Shown piece by piece: positions 39,179-49,919 of a stretch of 64,000 nt of DNA. Every line of letters starts with the position of its first letter. The stretch's first letter is position 1. The notes under the pieces are model-generated. The model did no database searches, had not been told where the DNA came from, and saw nothing but the letters and a program-made list of their open reading frames with translations. This DNA comes from Patescibacteria group bacterium (GTDB lineage: Bacteria; Patescibacteriota; Microgenomatia; UBA10105; UBA927): the NCBI GenBank assembly GCA_035510735.1, contig DATKGN010000008.1, positions 12,466 to 76,465 on the forward strand, read 5' to 3'. A program made the position numbers and the translations under genes.

Positions 39179-39934
39179 TTAATTGGTTACTTTGTTTATT
39201 GGTCTATTATACACTCCGCACAAATCATTGAGGCGGATCCGGAATAGATCTATGAACGATCCGATACCATCGAGCGGCCGGACTTTACTTCCAGACTTAT
39301 TTGACCACCCGACCGGCATCTCATAAACAGGAATCTTAAACTTTCGGGCCAGATAAATAAGCTCCGTATCAAAAACCCATCGGTTAATCCTGAGCCGTGG
39401 GAACAATATATTTGCCGTTTGACGCGTAAAACCTTTGAAACCGCAGGTAACGTCGGCAACCTGAGTAGTACACATCATATTTGAAAGTTCAGTAAATAAG
39501 CGTCCAGCCGACTCCCGTAACCACGGCTGATGGACAATAATGGCGGAATGGGAAAGTCTCCGGGATGCAATCACCAGTTTTTTCGTCTTCAACAACCGAA
39601 GCATCGTTTGGACCTCTGAAATGGGCACAGAAAGGTCGATATCGGAAAATACTATGTACTTCCCATGGGCGGCTACGACTCCTTCTCTTATCGCCCTCCC
39701 CTTCCCCATGTTGTGGGGCAATCGAAGCGAGATAACGCGCTTCAAATCTTTGGCCTTAAGGTGTGTCAGCAGGGGGTTATCGGATCCGTCATCGATAAGA
39801 ATAACTTCCCAGGTGTACGGCTGCCGCTTAAGGAACGACAATACCGACCGTAAACCGCTTTTTAACCGGACGGTTTCGTTATAGACAGGGATAACAACGG
39901 AGAGGTATACCTGATTAGGGCGCTTTATAGCCAT
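39179..39934 (-). CDS. family 2 glycosyltransferase (polyprenol-phosphate glycosyltransferase / DPM1-like)
   Basis: LSVVIPVYNE ... ILIDDGSDN ... SDIDLS GT-A motifs. Confidence 0.7.
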   Translation of the reverse strand: MAIKRPNQVYLSVVIPVYNETVRLKSGLRSVLSFLKRQPYTWEVILIDDGSDNPLLTHLKAKDLKRVISLRLPHNMGKGRAIREGVVAAHGKYIVFSDIDLSVPISEVQTMLRLLKTKKLVIASRRLSHSAIIVHQPWLRESAGRLFTELSNMMCTTQVADVTCGFKGFTRQTANILFPRLRINRWVFDTELIYLARKFKIPVYEMPVGWSNKSGSKVRPLDGIGSFIDLFRIRLNDLCGVYNRPINKVTN

Positions 39935-41678
39935 AGGTTGTCAATGTTTCATTGCCGCAGCGATAACCGAAATGGGATGTATTTTTATAGACATAAAACA
40001 GGTCGGCACCCGCTCTCTGGACAAGGTAAACGGGCGTTTGCAAATCCCTGGAAAATTTGAGCGGCTCTCCAAACCACGACGGACTGTTCGGCACGAGCGT
40101 ATAGGTTGCATATTCAGGATGATCTCGCATCATCGTCACGTTCGGTGTATTGTAATACATTGTGAGATGCCGCATAAGACAACTATAGACAGAGACCGGA
40201 CCTTCGGCCTGACTGTCGATGTATTCCATTGCTTCGCGGGTCCCGCTGCCCCAATATTCAATGTCAAATAATTGTTTTTGGGCGACCGTTCTACTTCCCC
40301 CGACAAGAAAATTAAAGTAGCTTGGCTCATAGGGGTAAAACATAATGGAAATGATAATTTCATGAATAATTATGCCCGTGATAACGATCATTGTTATTAA
40401 AATTCCCGCGCGGTGAGGCGCGCGTTTTTGATCCCCGTCACGCAGATTATGGACAATCGGAGATGATAGTTTATATTGCTTGACGGATGAGAACAAAACG
40501 CGTGCCGACATAAGCGCGGTTATAAACAATGAAACTATGTATTCCACGCCAACGCCGGTAAGTAAGAAAAATGCCGGCATCACATCAATAAAATGCCGTA
40601 CCTTGGCATAAATAAGGAACCCCGGAAGTAAAAATCGCCCGATACCAAGCCAAAACCATAACAATAAAAAAAGATACCAAATATTCCGTTTTTTTATCAC
40701 TCCCCAGAGTCCGACAAGCATGCCCGTTACCGCAAAAATTGTAATCTCAATCGGCGTCTGAAAAAGGAGTATTGCGTACGGATAACTCTTCGGAAGACTT
40801 ATTCCCGCCCGATACAGATGCCCTAAATATAAAACCGGCATATTGTATCCAACGATCTTAAAAAACGCGAACACCATCTCAATTTTTTTAACGGGATTAT
40901 CCCACAACCACGGCCACGCAAGGAAAAAAATCGCGACAGCCAACAGTCCGAAGCAGGCGACGCTCAACAGGAATAAAGGGAATTGTTTCATCCGTTTACG
41001 GAACGTCTGATTTATGAAAAGACTGATAAATAACCATGGGGCCAGTATCAGCACGATTATCGCCGCAGACGGCTTTGAATCCTCAGCAAGACCCAATGTA
41101 ACCGCCCAAAGAAATCCCCATCCCCATGATTGGCTCACCCCGCGCTCTCGCCAGGAACGTAAAAACCGGAAAAAAACATAGACACTCACGATGAGCATAC
41201 TCATGAGAGGAATATCTTTTGCATCATTTCTCATCTGCCCGAATATGGTTGGATATAAGGCGAATATGAGTGTTGTTCCCGTTGCGATCGGCACAGTTAA
41301 ACCCATCTCGATCGCGAGGCCGTAAAATGCACCAACGCCAATTGATCCCAAGAGGATTTCACCGACATGATACGCATCAATAAAGTTCATAAGATGCGTC
41401 CGTTCAGCAAGAATATACGAGGCAGCGGAAGACACAAGGAATGGAAACGGCGGATACAATTCTTCACCGGAAACAAAATACATGGGGCTTGCGGCAAACC
41501 GTTTTGTATTTACATAATCAATAACGTTTGTCCAATCCAGCGTCTGCCAGAATTGAAGGTTCATGCGCCCGATAAAAAAGCTCGCAGGCTCATCCCAGGT
41601 CATACCCACCCCGCGGATAAGCGAGAGCTGAGTTACAAAAATAATGATTGCTAAAATAATACCGATATACTTTTTCAT
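39915..41678 (-). CDS. GT-C family membrane glycosyltransferase (ArnT/PMT-like)
   Basis: Polytopic 587 aa; MTWDEPASFFIG DE-loop. Confidence 0.55.
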   Translation of the reverse strand: MKKYIGIILAIIIFVTQLSLIRGVGMTWDEPASFFIGRMNLQFWQTLDWTNVIDYVNTKRFAASPMYFVSGEELYPPFPFLVSSAASYILAERTHLMNFIDAYHVGEILLGSIGVGAFYGLAIEMGLTVPIATGTTLIFALYPTIFGQMRNDAKDIPLMSMLIVSVYVFFRFLRSWRERGVSQSWGWGFLWAVTLGLAEDSKPSAAIIVLILAPWLFISLFINQTFRKRMKQFPLFLLSVACFGLLAVAIFFLAWPWLWDNPVKKIEMVFAFFKIVGYNMPVLYLGHLYRAGISLPKSYPYAILLFQTPIEITIFAVTGMLVGLWGVIKKRNIWYLFLLLWFWLGIGRFLLPGFLIYAKVRHFIDVMPAFFLLTGVGVEYIVSLFITALMSARVLFSSVKQYKLSSPIVHNLRDGDQKRAPHRAGILITMIVITGIIIHEIIISIMFYPYEPSYFNFLVGGSRTVAQKQLFDIEYWGSGTREAMEYIDSQAEGPVSVYSCLMRHLTMYYNTPNVTMMRDHPEYATYTLVPNSPSWFGEPLKFSRDLQTPVYLVQRAGADLFYVYKNTSHFGYRCGNETLTTYGYKAP

Positions 41679-41984
41679 ATTCCCTCACTTAGATTCGATC
41701 GCCGACGAAAATTTAGATCCGCCTTCAGACTCTCTCCCTTCGACTTTGCTCAGGGCAAGCGCGAAAAAGCTCGTTTACCCCGAGTCAATCGAGGGGCAAG
41801 GAGAAGCCGGACTAAATTTGTTGGCTCTCTCATCGTTACTTACCAAATGTGCTACAAAGTATCCGCGGAGAGACGCACAATTTGTCAGCACTCTCACGCA
41901 GGATGTGGCTGCAACGAGATGATATATTGTTTTGCTTGAGAGGTGCGCACAAATTGCGCGACGATCCAAGCGGATACCCAAAAT

Positions 41985-43610
41985 TCATTCGCTTCCGATT
42001 CTCTTCCATAATGCATCTCCCCACCCCGGCACCCGTGTGTAATGATCTTTAATATACGGGAAATCTGCAAGCTCCCATAACCTCCCGCTGTCTCCCTGAT
42101 AAATATACGGTACTTTCTTATCCTCTAACACCCCTCCAAGCGGCGCCGGAGGCCGTGAAAGAAACCGGACAAATTCACCGAACGGCAGACAGCAAATGTA
42201 ATATGCATCCTTCCAAAACATCATGCGGCCGTCCAGATCCAACACCTGGGATTGCGGAGGAACCATAGAGAGAAGCGTTTTGGTTTGAGAAAGCTGTACC
42301 GTATTGGACATCGAAAACTTGAGTGAGTTGACCTGTATAGCATCCTGTCCTAACAATAACGCGAAAAAGAGCAACACGATAACGACGCCGATATCTCCCG
42401 CATGACGACGAATCCACACCAATACTGACACAATGAAATCTGCCGCATACCACGCAATAAATATAGCAATAGGGATAAGATACTGGCTGTGTTTAAGCGG
42501 GAAAAAAACAACATACCCAAATACCGACAGAAAAAATATACCGCCGACGAGAAGTTCTGCGTATGTCCGTTTCCGATCCCCGCCTGCGGCGATAAACGGC
42601 GTTAAAAGTCTTAAACACCCGACCATAATACCGATAAACCAGAGCGTATGATTTGTAAGAAGCGGCCTCGTCACGCCCCATCCGCCGTAGAACGACGCAT
42701 TCGGGAAGAAAAATAAATGCGGTTCCATAATGTAAATACGGCCTATCGTGTTTGCCTCAAACGGCAGCTTGGTCAGTGAGTACCAAACGGTCGAAAAATG
42801 ACCGAGTGTGAGGAGATAAAGAAACAGTAAGACAAGCGGTGCCGCGAGTCCTGCGGCAAACATCCAATATTCCCGGGCAATCTTCCACGGAACGATCCGC
42901 TTCCGCTTAATAATGATCCCAACCCACTCAAAAAAACCGGCATCAAGAGCGGCAACCGCCACACCCATACCGACAAACGGCAGCGTTTTCACAAGAACGA
43001 CGAGTGACGCAGCGTACGAAAACCCGGCAGCCAACCATATGAGTATTCGTCGTTTATGCTCGGGGTGAAGCATACCATAAACCTGGAGCACAACCCCAAG
43101 AAGCCCCAAGAGCGCCGCGACGTTATCCGGCCGTATTTCCATATATTTATCAAACGGCATCGGCAAAAACGCGAGAATAACCATAGGGATAAGTGCGTAC
43201 CTTCTATTCCGAAGAAGCGCGAACAACACGCCGGTAAGAACAACCATAAGTGTGAATACGATAAACATGAAAACGCGTGCAGCCGTAAAGATCGCAACGC
43301 TTCTCCCAAGAATCCAAAAGAGCGGGATAAGCATCCAATAAAATCCTGGGGTGAAGAATGTGAAAAAATCAACGTACGGCTTCTGTCCCTGCGCCATATT
43401 AGCTGCCCAGTGGAGATGCGTAAATTCATCAACGTCAAAAAACCGTGTCAGACCGACCTGTAGGTGCCAATACAACAAAAACACCAATAGTCCTACTAAA
43501 ATAAGGCTCTCAAAAATGTATGCGAGAGACCGGGAATTCCACTTCATAGATTGATTGGTATAAATATATACTAGGGTCAGGGAAATAGGCAATCCACAAT
43601 TTTTCGCCAA
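41985..43610 (-). CDS. GT-C family membrane glycosyltransferase (putative)
   Basis: Polytopic 541 aa; FFDVDEFTHLHWA loop after first TM; start may be internal Met at ~43547. Confidence 0.45.
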   Translation of the reverse strand: MAKNCGLPISLTLVYIYTNQSMKWNSRSLAYIFESLILVGLLVFLLYWHLQVGLTRFFDVDEFTHLHWAANMAQGQKPYVDFFTFFTPGFYWMLIPLFWILGRSVAIFTAARVFMFIVFTLMVVLTGVLFALLRNRRYALIPMVILAFLPMPFDKYMEIRPDNVAALLGLLGVVLQVYGMLHPEHKRRILIWLAAGFSYAASLVVLVKTLPFVGMGVAVAALDAGFFEWVGIIIKRKRIVPWKIAREYWMFAAGLAAPLVLLFLYLLTLGHFSTVWYSLTKLPFEANTIGRIYIMEPHLFFFPNASFYGGWGVTRPLLTNHTLWFIGIMVGCLRLLTPFIAAGGDRKRTYAELLVGGIFFLSVFGYVVFFPLKHSQYLIPIAIFIAWYAADFIVSVLVWIRRHAGDIGVVIVLLFFALLLGQDAIQVNSLKFSMSNTVQLSQTKTLLSMVPPQSQVLDLDGRMMFWKDAYYICCLPFGEFVRFLSRPPAPLGGVLEDKKVPYIYQGDSGRLWELADFPYIKDHYTRVPGWGDALWKRIGSE

Positions 43611-44557
43611 CTCCTATCCGATAAGCCAAGCTTCTTCCGTGATTCACTCCCATCAATTGCGCAATATTTCGCGTACCGTTTTGGCAGGGAAACATGCTTT
43701 ACAAATGCATCAAACGTTGTCTTAGGCAACTTAGGATCCTTGACTCCCTTCGCCTTCGAAATCGCATACCGCGCAAGTTCAAACGGTGAAACTCCATCGA
43801 CGCTTACAACATGATATACCTCGCGGTAAGGCGCACAATTTCGAGCACCGTCACTGCGCAAAATCTGTAAACCACTCGTATATGAAGAATGCCTAAGCGC
43901 TGACGGATGCACAGTAAATTCGTGCGCCGAGCTCAGCGAGGTTATAATATTTATTATCGCGGCAGCAAGATCAGGAAGATATGTTATCGGAAATATCTGA
44001 TCGGTAAAAAGCGGATATAATTTCCCCTTGTCATACAGCCCAAGGATAGTATGAATATAATCAAAATGTTTCGTCTGATTATCTTTTGAAACCGGATGGC
44101 TCAACCTAATAATCGCACCATTGGTAACCAGCGTCTCGGCAACCGCTTTCGTCCATGCATACCAGGATAAAGATGATTGGGGCGATGTCGGATCCTCTTC
44201 TTTAAACGGACCCTGATGTGTATCATCGCCCGCAAACACCGACCCGGTTGAAATATAAATAACGTAGGCGCCAACTTTTTTGGCTGCATCGACAATATTT
44301 TTCGTCCCGTCGACATTTACCTGCCAACACCTGCCCTTTTTATCTCCCCGCTCCTCTTCTGCTGTGTCATTATCGGTAAACGCTGCAGCGTGAATAATTA
44401 CCCGTGGGGCATGGGCAGAAATCAATGCATTGACCTCTTGCTTATTCGTAATATCAAACGCATCATGTGTCGGTGCAATAATCTCTGTGTGCCGGGAAAG
44501 ACCTGCAAAAAGCTGGCTTCCGATTAAACCTGTTTTACCCGTCAATACAATAGCCAT
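43577..44557 (-). CDS. NAD(P)-dependent sugar-nucleotide reductase/epimerase (RmlD-like extended SDR)
   Basis: IVLTGKTGLIGSQL Rossmann start, DITN..., IIHAAAFTDND, YISTGSVF as in dTDP-4-dehydrorhamnose reductase family. Confidence 0.6.
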   Translation of the reverse strand: MAIVLTGKTGLIGSQLFAGLSRHTEIIAPTHDAFDITNKQEVNALISAHAPRVIIHAAAFTDNDTAEEERGDKKGRCWQVNVDGTKNIVDAAKKVGAYVIYISTGSVFAGDDTHQGPFKEEDPTSPQSSLSWYAWTKAVAETLVTNGAIIRLSHPVSKDNQTKHFDYIHTILGLYDKGKLYPLFTDQIFPITYLPDLAAAIINIITSLSSAHEFTVHPSALRHSSYTSGLQILRSDGARNCAPYREVYHVVSVDGVSPFELARYAISKAKGVKDPKLPKTTFDAFVKHVSLPKRYAKYCAIDGSESRKKLGLSDRSWRKIVDCLFP

Positions 44558-44645
44558 AACTCCTTACCTACACATTAAAAGAAGCGTGTGTTACATTTAA
44601 CTATTGATATATCAACGATCAAAAAAATAATCCTCACGTATTGCT

Positions 44646-46271
44646 ATGTCAAAAGATAGACCTTTATCACTCTTGCGTCAACACGCATTCACGATACTCT
44701 TTATCATTTTTTCGCTGTTCATTATCCGCAATGATATCGTTTACTACCGAAGCGTTTCACTGCGCGCCACACCGGATTTCTTTCCCGCCCACACTGTTGG
44801 AAATGCGGATGATTATCATCAATATATCTTTCTCATAAAAACAGGCCGCGAAGGCAAGTTGCTTTACCACAATGCGTATTCCGAAGAGCCCATACCCGAT
44901 GTTCTTCTCCAACCTATCTATAATGTCGTCGGATTGTTATCCCGACCATTTCCGGTCTCTCTGTATACTGTTTATTTCATATTTCATGTCGTATCTCTTA
45001 TTATTCTTTTTGTCAGTATATATTTACTTATCTCCCGGGTATTCAACCCGATTATACCGAAGATATTTGCCACAATTCTGTATTTTACGGCAATCGGTTT
45101 TTGGAGCATCGTGTCTTTTGCTCCGTTCCAAATCAAGAGGTATGATCTCGCGGATTATAACTTTGATCTTTTTTCAAAATTTCATGTCATCGCCCCGCAT
45201 CATAACATTGCGATTGCTCTCGTCATCCTTGTATTCATAGTGCTCACTTCCACCAAACACCACGCAGGTATTGTTGCGGGTTTGTTGAGTCTCCTATTAG
45301 GTCTCATCCACCCCTATATCCAACTCATGATGTTCTTAATGCTTTTCGCAAATGCACTCATTCAAACAATTTTGGAACGAAAACTGTTAACGCGCGCATT
45401 TAGAGATTTTTTTATTATTATCGTTATCTCATCACCGCTCATCGTCTATTATCTTTATCTCACCAATGTCATACTTCATTTTACTGTCGCTACTGACGGT
45501 ATTCTCACGTTTCTACCGAGAACAATATCGTTTCTTTCGTACCTTCAGGCGCTTGGTCCGCTTTTTATCTTTGCATTACCATCGCTCGTTTTCTTTATAT
45601 ATTCAAAACCGTATTCAATCATACGATTTCTTTTACTTTGGGCTTTTCTGCCGATTCTTCTGTTCTTTTTCCCTGATTTCCATCTGCCGTTTGCTGTATG
45701 GCGGCTCTCACAGATCTATCAGCACATTCCGCTTGCTATACTCGGTGCATATTGGGTATATATATTAATTCGGAACAAACGATTTGCTCTCTCTTTAATG
45801 ATACTCGTTGGCGGCATAACGCTCTTATATGGATTTACTGCATATAACTATGTATTCCAAGCCAGCGCAGACACCCATGATGCCGGTGGCTATATATTCA
45901 CTTACTATGTGCCGACACCAGTCATACATGCATTTACATATCTCGACCGGGAAACGCCCAGAGACTCAGTCGTTCTCGCAAGCCAGATGGTGTCAAGTAT
46001 GATTCCGTCGTTCACTCACAATCGCGTCATTATCGGACACAACGGCAATAACAGGGATTATTATCAGAAATTAGCTGAGGCTAACATGTTTTTTACCGGC
46101 ACGATGAGCTATGATGATGCCCACGCCTATCTTCTGAAACGTCATGTCTCATATATAATCTTCGGACTTGATATGCCGGGATTTACGGCAATGTCTTACG
46201 CCAATATGGGTTTTTTGAAACTCGTCTACGGGAACCCTTATGATATTTCAGTGGTGAAGGTGCTTCGATAA
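44646..46271 (+). CDS. polytopic membrane protein (possible glycosyltransferase/polymerase; unassigned)
   Basis: ~12 TM segments, C-terminal soluble domain; no diagnostic motif. Confidence 0.4.
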   Translation: MSKDRPLSLLRQHAFTILFIIFSLFIIRNDIVYYRSVSLRATPDFFPAHTVGNADDYHQYIFLIKTGREGKLLYHNAYSEEPIPDVLLQPIYNVVGLLSRPFPVSLYTVYFIFHVVSLIILFVSIYLLISRVFNPIIPKIFATILYFTAIGFWSIVSFAPFQIKRYDLADYNFDLFSKFHVIAPHHNIAIALVILVFIVLTSTKHHAGIVAGLLSLLLGLIHPYIQLMMFLMLFANALIQTILERKLLTRAFRDFFIIIVISSPLIVYYLYLTNVILHFTVATDGILTFLPRTISFLSYLQALGPLFIFALPSLVFFIYSKPYSIIRFLLLWAFLPILLFFFPDFHLPFAVWRLSQIYQHIPLAILGAYWVYILIRNKRFALSLMILVGGITLLYGFTAYNYVFQASADTHDAGGYIFTYYVPTPVIHAFTYLDRETPRDSVVLASQMVSSMIPSFTHNRVIIGHNGNNRDYYQKLAEANMFFTGTMSYDDAHAYLLKRHVSYIIFGLDMPGFTAMSYANMGFLKLVYGNPYDISVVKVLR

Positions 46272-47558
46272 AAATGACTCTACGATTGTTTTTATATACG
46301 TAATCATTGGTGGGGTAATTCCGGGATAAACTCCAATCCAAAATGCGTCGTTCATGAGTTTATCGGAATTGGTAAGGTCTTCTACTTTCCGGATATCCGG
46401 GCGGTTGAGATAGGCCGGATGACGGGTTAAGTTTCCTGCAAAGATGCTTCGTGTGGCAATTTTGTGATTTTCAAGATATTTTACTAATTCTAATTTGGCG
46501 AAGGGCGCTCCGTCTTTTACCACCAACGGGAATCCGAACCAACTCGGCTTTGCACCAACGAGCGGTTCAGGAAGAATAAAATAGTCTTGATATTTTGTAA
46601 AAAACAAATGTAATGCGGCAAAGTTTTCTCGCCTCTTTTTAATAAACCCTTTGAGCTTTTTAAGCTGTGCAAGACCAAGTGACGCCTGCATATCGGTAAG
46701 CTTCAGATTATAGCCAATTTGGGAATAGGTATATTTATGATCATAACCGTAGGGCAATTCCCCAAGCTTCCACCCGAAACGCATGCCACAGGTATTATCT
46801 TTTCCCGTGTCACACCAACAGTCGCGGCCCCAGTCCCTAAACTGCCGGATGGCGCGGTGAATCATATGATTGTTGGTCACAACTGCTCCCCCCTCGCCCA
46901 TCGTAATCTGATGCGCGGGGTAAAAGGAGAATGTTGCAATATGCCCGAATGTTCCTGCCAATTTTCCTTTATACTCCCCGCCTAATGCATCGCAACAATC
47001 TTCGATAAACCAAAGTTTATGTTTCTCAACGAGCGCCATGATGTCATCAAGCGGCATCAGGTTGCCGAGTGTATGGGCCATCATGATAACCTTCGTCTTC
47101 GGAGTGATGGCCTTTTCCAAATCCTTTGGGTTAACGTTTTTCGTGACTAAATCGTTATCAAGAAGAACGGCGGTACACCGGTTTTGAAGCGTCGGGTTAA
47201 CCGTCGTTGGGAATCCCGTGCCCACGGATATTACTTCATCCCCCGGCATAAGCGCCCGGTCGCGGAATATTTTCGACGTAAGTGACGTAAGCGCGACCAA
47301 ATTAGCGGATGATCCGGAATTGACCAGGGAAACATATTTCACCCCGAGGAATTTCCCGAATTCGCGTTCAAATTCCAGTGCAAACCGCCCCTCGGTCCAC
47401 CACCCATCCAATACCGCCTCAACACCACTCAGTAATTCCTTTTCATCAAACACTTTACCGGAAACGGGAACGGGTGAAACCCCGGGGACAAATTTCTTCT
47501 TTTGGAAGTTTTTCTTAGAATACCGTACAATCTGGTCAACGAGAGCTTTTGAAAGCAT
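46248..47558 (-). CDS. rfbH: CDP-6-deoxy-D-xylo-4-hexulose-3-dehydrase (RfbH/DdhC, PLP/PMP DegT-family)
   Basis: N-terminal KKKFVPGVSPVPVSGKVFDEKELLSGVEAVLDGWWTEGRFALEFEREF closely parallels RfbH; 436 aa as in RfbH. Confidence 0.75.
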   Translation of the reverse strand: MLSKALVDQIVRYSKKNFQKKKFVPGVSPVPVSGKVFDEKELLSGVEAVLDGWWTEGRFALEFEREFGKFLGVKYVSLVNSGSSANLVALTSLTSKIFRDRALMPGDEVISVGTGFPTTVNPTLQNRCTAVLLDNDLVTKNVNPKDLEKAITPKTKVIMMAHTLGNLMPLDDIMALVEKHKLWFIEDCCDALGGEYKGKLAGTFGHIATFSFYPAHQITMGEGGAVVTNNHMIHRAIRQFRDWGRDCWCDTGKDNTCGMRFGWKLGELPYGYDHKYTYSQIGYNLKLTDMQASLGLAQLKKLKGFIKKRRENFAALHLFFTKYQDYFILPEPLVGAKPSWFGFPLVVKDGAPFAKLELVKYLENHKIATRSIFAGNLTRHPAYLNRPDIRKVEDLTNSDKLMNDAFWIGVYPGITPPMITYIKTIVESFLSKHLHH

Positions 47559-47610
47559 ACGTACTATATATACATGTAGTCTTGAAAATTATCAATTCCG
47601 AACATAATCT

Positions 47611-48444
47611 ATGCAAGATCATGATGGTGGCGAAGAATCTGTTAATGTTGCCGAATATATAACGCGGATACAAGAACCCTTACCCGATAAATTAGATATC
47701 GACAATGGCATACTGATCTTTTCACCACAGTCACCAATCATTATTCAAGATGGATCGATACAAAAATCAATTAACGCATATTCCGGATTATTTATCTCGG
47801 ATGAATCTGAACGATCCGAACTTTCGCAACCTCTCATAGGTAATACTGACTTCCATGTTTTGTTTAGCGGAACACATGGTGACACATTCACAATTTCACC
47901 TGCTACTGCAGTTCATCCGTTAACGCAAGTCGTCTGTCTTGACGTTGACCATGTTCAAAGAAGAAAATTTAGCCTTCCCCATGAACTGGGGCATGCGTAT
48001 TTAAATTGGAAACATATCGGCTTACTCCTTGCGCAATCGGCATTAACAGGTCAAAACAACAAAGGCATTGCTCATCTTCCGGAAATACAAAATTATGTGT
48101 CATTCATACGTTCTGTTTGCGAAAAAAATCACGTCACTCAAATACCTACAGACGAAAACGAATTGCTTCAGCTAAGGCGACGGTCCTCCCCATTTTTTGA
48201 AGCATTAGCTGTATTTGATGAACGATACGCCTGGGGGGTCGGTCTTGCATTATCATCTCTTTATCCGGGATTTTCAACAGATTGGCTGCAGCGTGACGGG
48301 CTTGAGCAGGCAACGAAAGGTTTAATTAACTATGGATTAAAATTTAATGAACAACTATTTGTTAATGGCTTTTCTAAAGAAGATTCCATCGGAAACATAG
48401 CCTTTTTCTTTAGAAATCAATTTAGTGAAAACGCCTCGGGTTAA
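47611..48444 (+). CDS. hypothetical protein with HELGH (HExxH) motif, possible ImmA/IrrE-like metallopeptidase
   Basis: FSLPHELGHAYLNWKH. Confidence 0.35.
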   Translation: MQDHDGGEESVNVAEYITRIQEPLPDKLDIDNGILIFSPQSPIIIQDGSIQKSINAYSGLFISDESERSELSQPLIGNTDFHVLFSGTHGDTFTISPATAVHPLTQVVCLDVDHVQRRKFSLPHELGHAYLNWKHIGLLLAQSALTGQNNKGIAHLPEIQNYVSFIRSVCEKNHVTQIPTDENELLQLRRRSSPFFEALAVFDERYAWGVGLALSSLYPGFSTDWLQRDGLEQATKGLINYGLKFNEQLFVNGFSKEDSIGNIAFFFRNQFSENASG

Positions 48445-49127
48445 TTACCCTGCGGATAATATTTCTGTAAAAATTTCTCCGTATCCTGATAACAAAGAAG
48501 AATCCGGCCCATTGCTTCATTATTAATCCCAACATCATCAAATCGTCTATAAACCCTCTCGATACCCCGGCGAATATCATTTGGAACCTGAGGTTCAACA
48601 ATGGTAAACCCCTGCCGTTTGGATACCCGGGCTAGCTTTTCAAAGGTAACGCCCATTATATATTTTGGGTGCAAATCTTGTTTCACTATATATTGTGCTA
48701 TTAAGTGCATGGAATCATTGATATATTTAAACGGGTTTTTACGCTGTTCATCATCAGTTATAGGCGGTAAGTGTAAATCAAGAATACGGTCTCCTTCGTT
48801 AATTTCTAAACCGCTTTTAGGATCTGAAAAATGTATTTTTGATGTGCTGTCTATGACAATAAATAATCCTAATTGCTTCCAGTGTTGATAAGAAGATATA
48901 TCATTTTTCCCTTTATCAATCTCATCAACTAGATCCTTAATATCTAATTTTTCACGGATCTTTACGGCTATTTCAAGGGCAAATGGATCTCGACTTAACT
49001 CTAAAATACGATCCACCTCTCCCCTCAACTCGTTTCTAAACCGTTTCTCAGGAGTTTCCGGTGGTCTGGAATATTTTTCGAAACTAAATCCGCCTTCACC
49101 GCTATTCATATGAGGGCATTCTAGCAC
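48441..49127 (-). CDS. hypothetical protein
   Basis: 228-aa ORF, no motifs. Confidence 0.4.
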   Translation of the reverse strand: MLECPHMNSGEGGFSFEKYSRPPETPEKRFRNELRGEVDRILELSRDPFALEIAVKIREKLDIKDLVDEIDKGKNDISSYQHWKQLGLFIVIDSTSKIHFSDPKSGLEINEGDRILDLHLPPITDDEQRKNPFKYINDSMHLIAQYIVKQDLHPKYIMGVTFEKLARVSKRQGFTIVEPQVPNDIRRGIERVYRRFDDVGINNEAMGRILLCYQDTEKFLQKYYPQGN

Positions 49128-49214
49128 AAAATGTGGATGAAATCAATATTATAGGCTATAATCTATACAATATAGGCTCCGTATTTATGAATCCAAATCA
49201 TCTTAACCCCACAA

Positions 49215-49895
49215 TCACACCTGTAACAACTTCTCATAATTTTGTACTTTATCTAATAAAAATATCCTTAATTTATTATCCGCCTCTAAATGTCCAATTT
49301 CCGATAATGTCATGTTTTTCATAAACGAGAGGAGATCGTGTGCAAATTTTTGTGCTAATAATTCACCCTCATCCTGCTCGTATAATTCCCTATTGCCAAT
49401 AAATCTTAACACCAGACCCATGGCCATCGATTTCATATATGAATCTTTATCAAAGACATACTGCCACGAATGAGGCAATTCGTTTGCAATAGTTTTCTCT
49501 ATGTATACTATATCTCGAGCAAATTGAAATTGATGCGTATCCTTATGTCCATCCGGTTGCCTGAATACACTCATGTTTCGAATGAGATCCGCGTTCAATA
49601 ATATAACGGGCTTCTCATTCCGTACAATTACCGAACCCTGCGCTGATTGCTTACCGTCAGCAAATTTTATATCTCTCATTTCAATCAATGGAACTTCCGG
49701 TAATTTCAGCACAAAGCTGCCGATCGTTGTTATCCTTTCAACACTATCCAATAAGGTATTTACGGAAGCCAAATCATGGATTTGTTCAAGAAGACCGGCA
49801 TTTTTTATTTGATGAAGCAAATGATCTTTCACAGGAGTATTTTTGGGGATTTCTCCGGTTGACGGGTCTTGAAAATCATATGAAAATTCCGTCAT
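49215..49895 (-). CDS. hypothetical protein
   Basis: 226-aa ORF, no motifs. Confidence 0.4.
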   Translation of the reverse strand: MTEFSYDFQDPSTGEIPKNTPVKDHLLHQIKNAGLLEQIHDLASVNTLLDSVERITTIGSFVLKLPEVPLIEMRDIKFADGKQSAQGSVIVRNEKPVILLNADLIRNMSVFRQPDGHKDTHQFQFARDIVYIEKTIANELPHSWQYVFDKDSYMKSMAMGLVLRFIGNRELYEQDEGELLAQKFAHDLLSFMKNMTLSEIGHLEADNKLRIFLLDKVQNYEKLLQV

Positions 49896-49919
49896 ATATT
49901 ATTTAGAGTGATTTTTATC

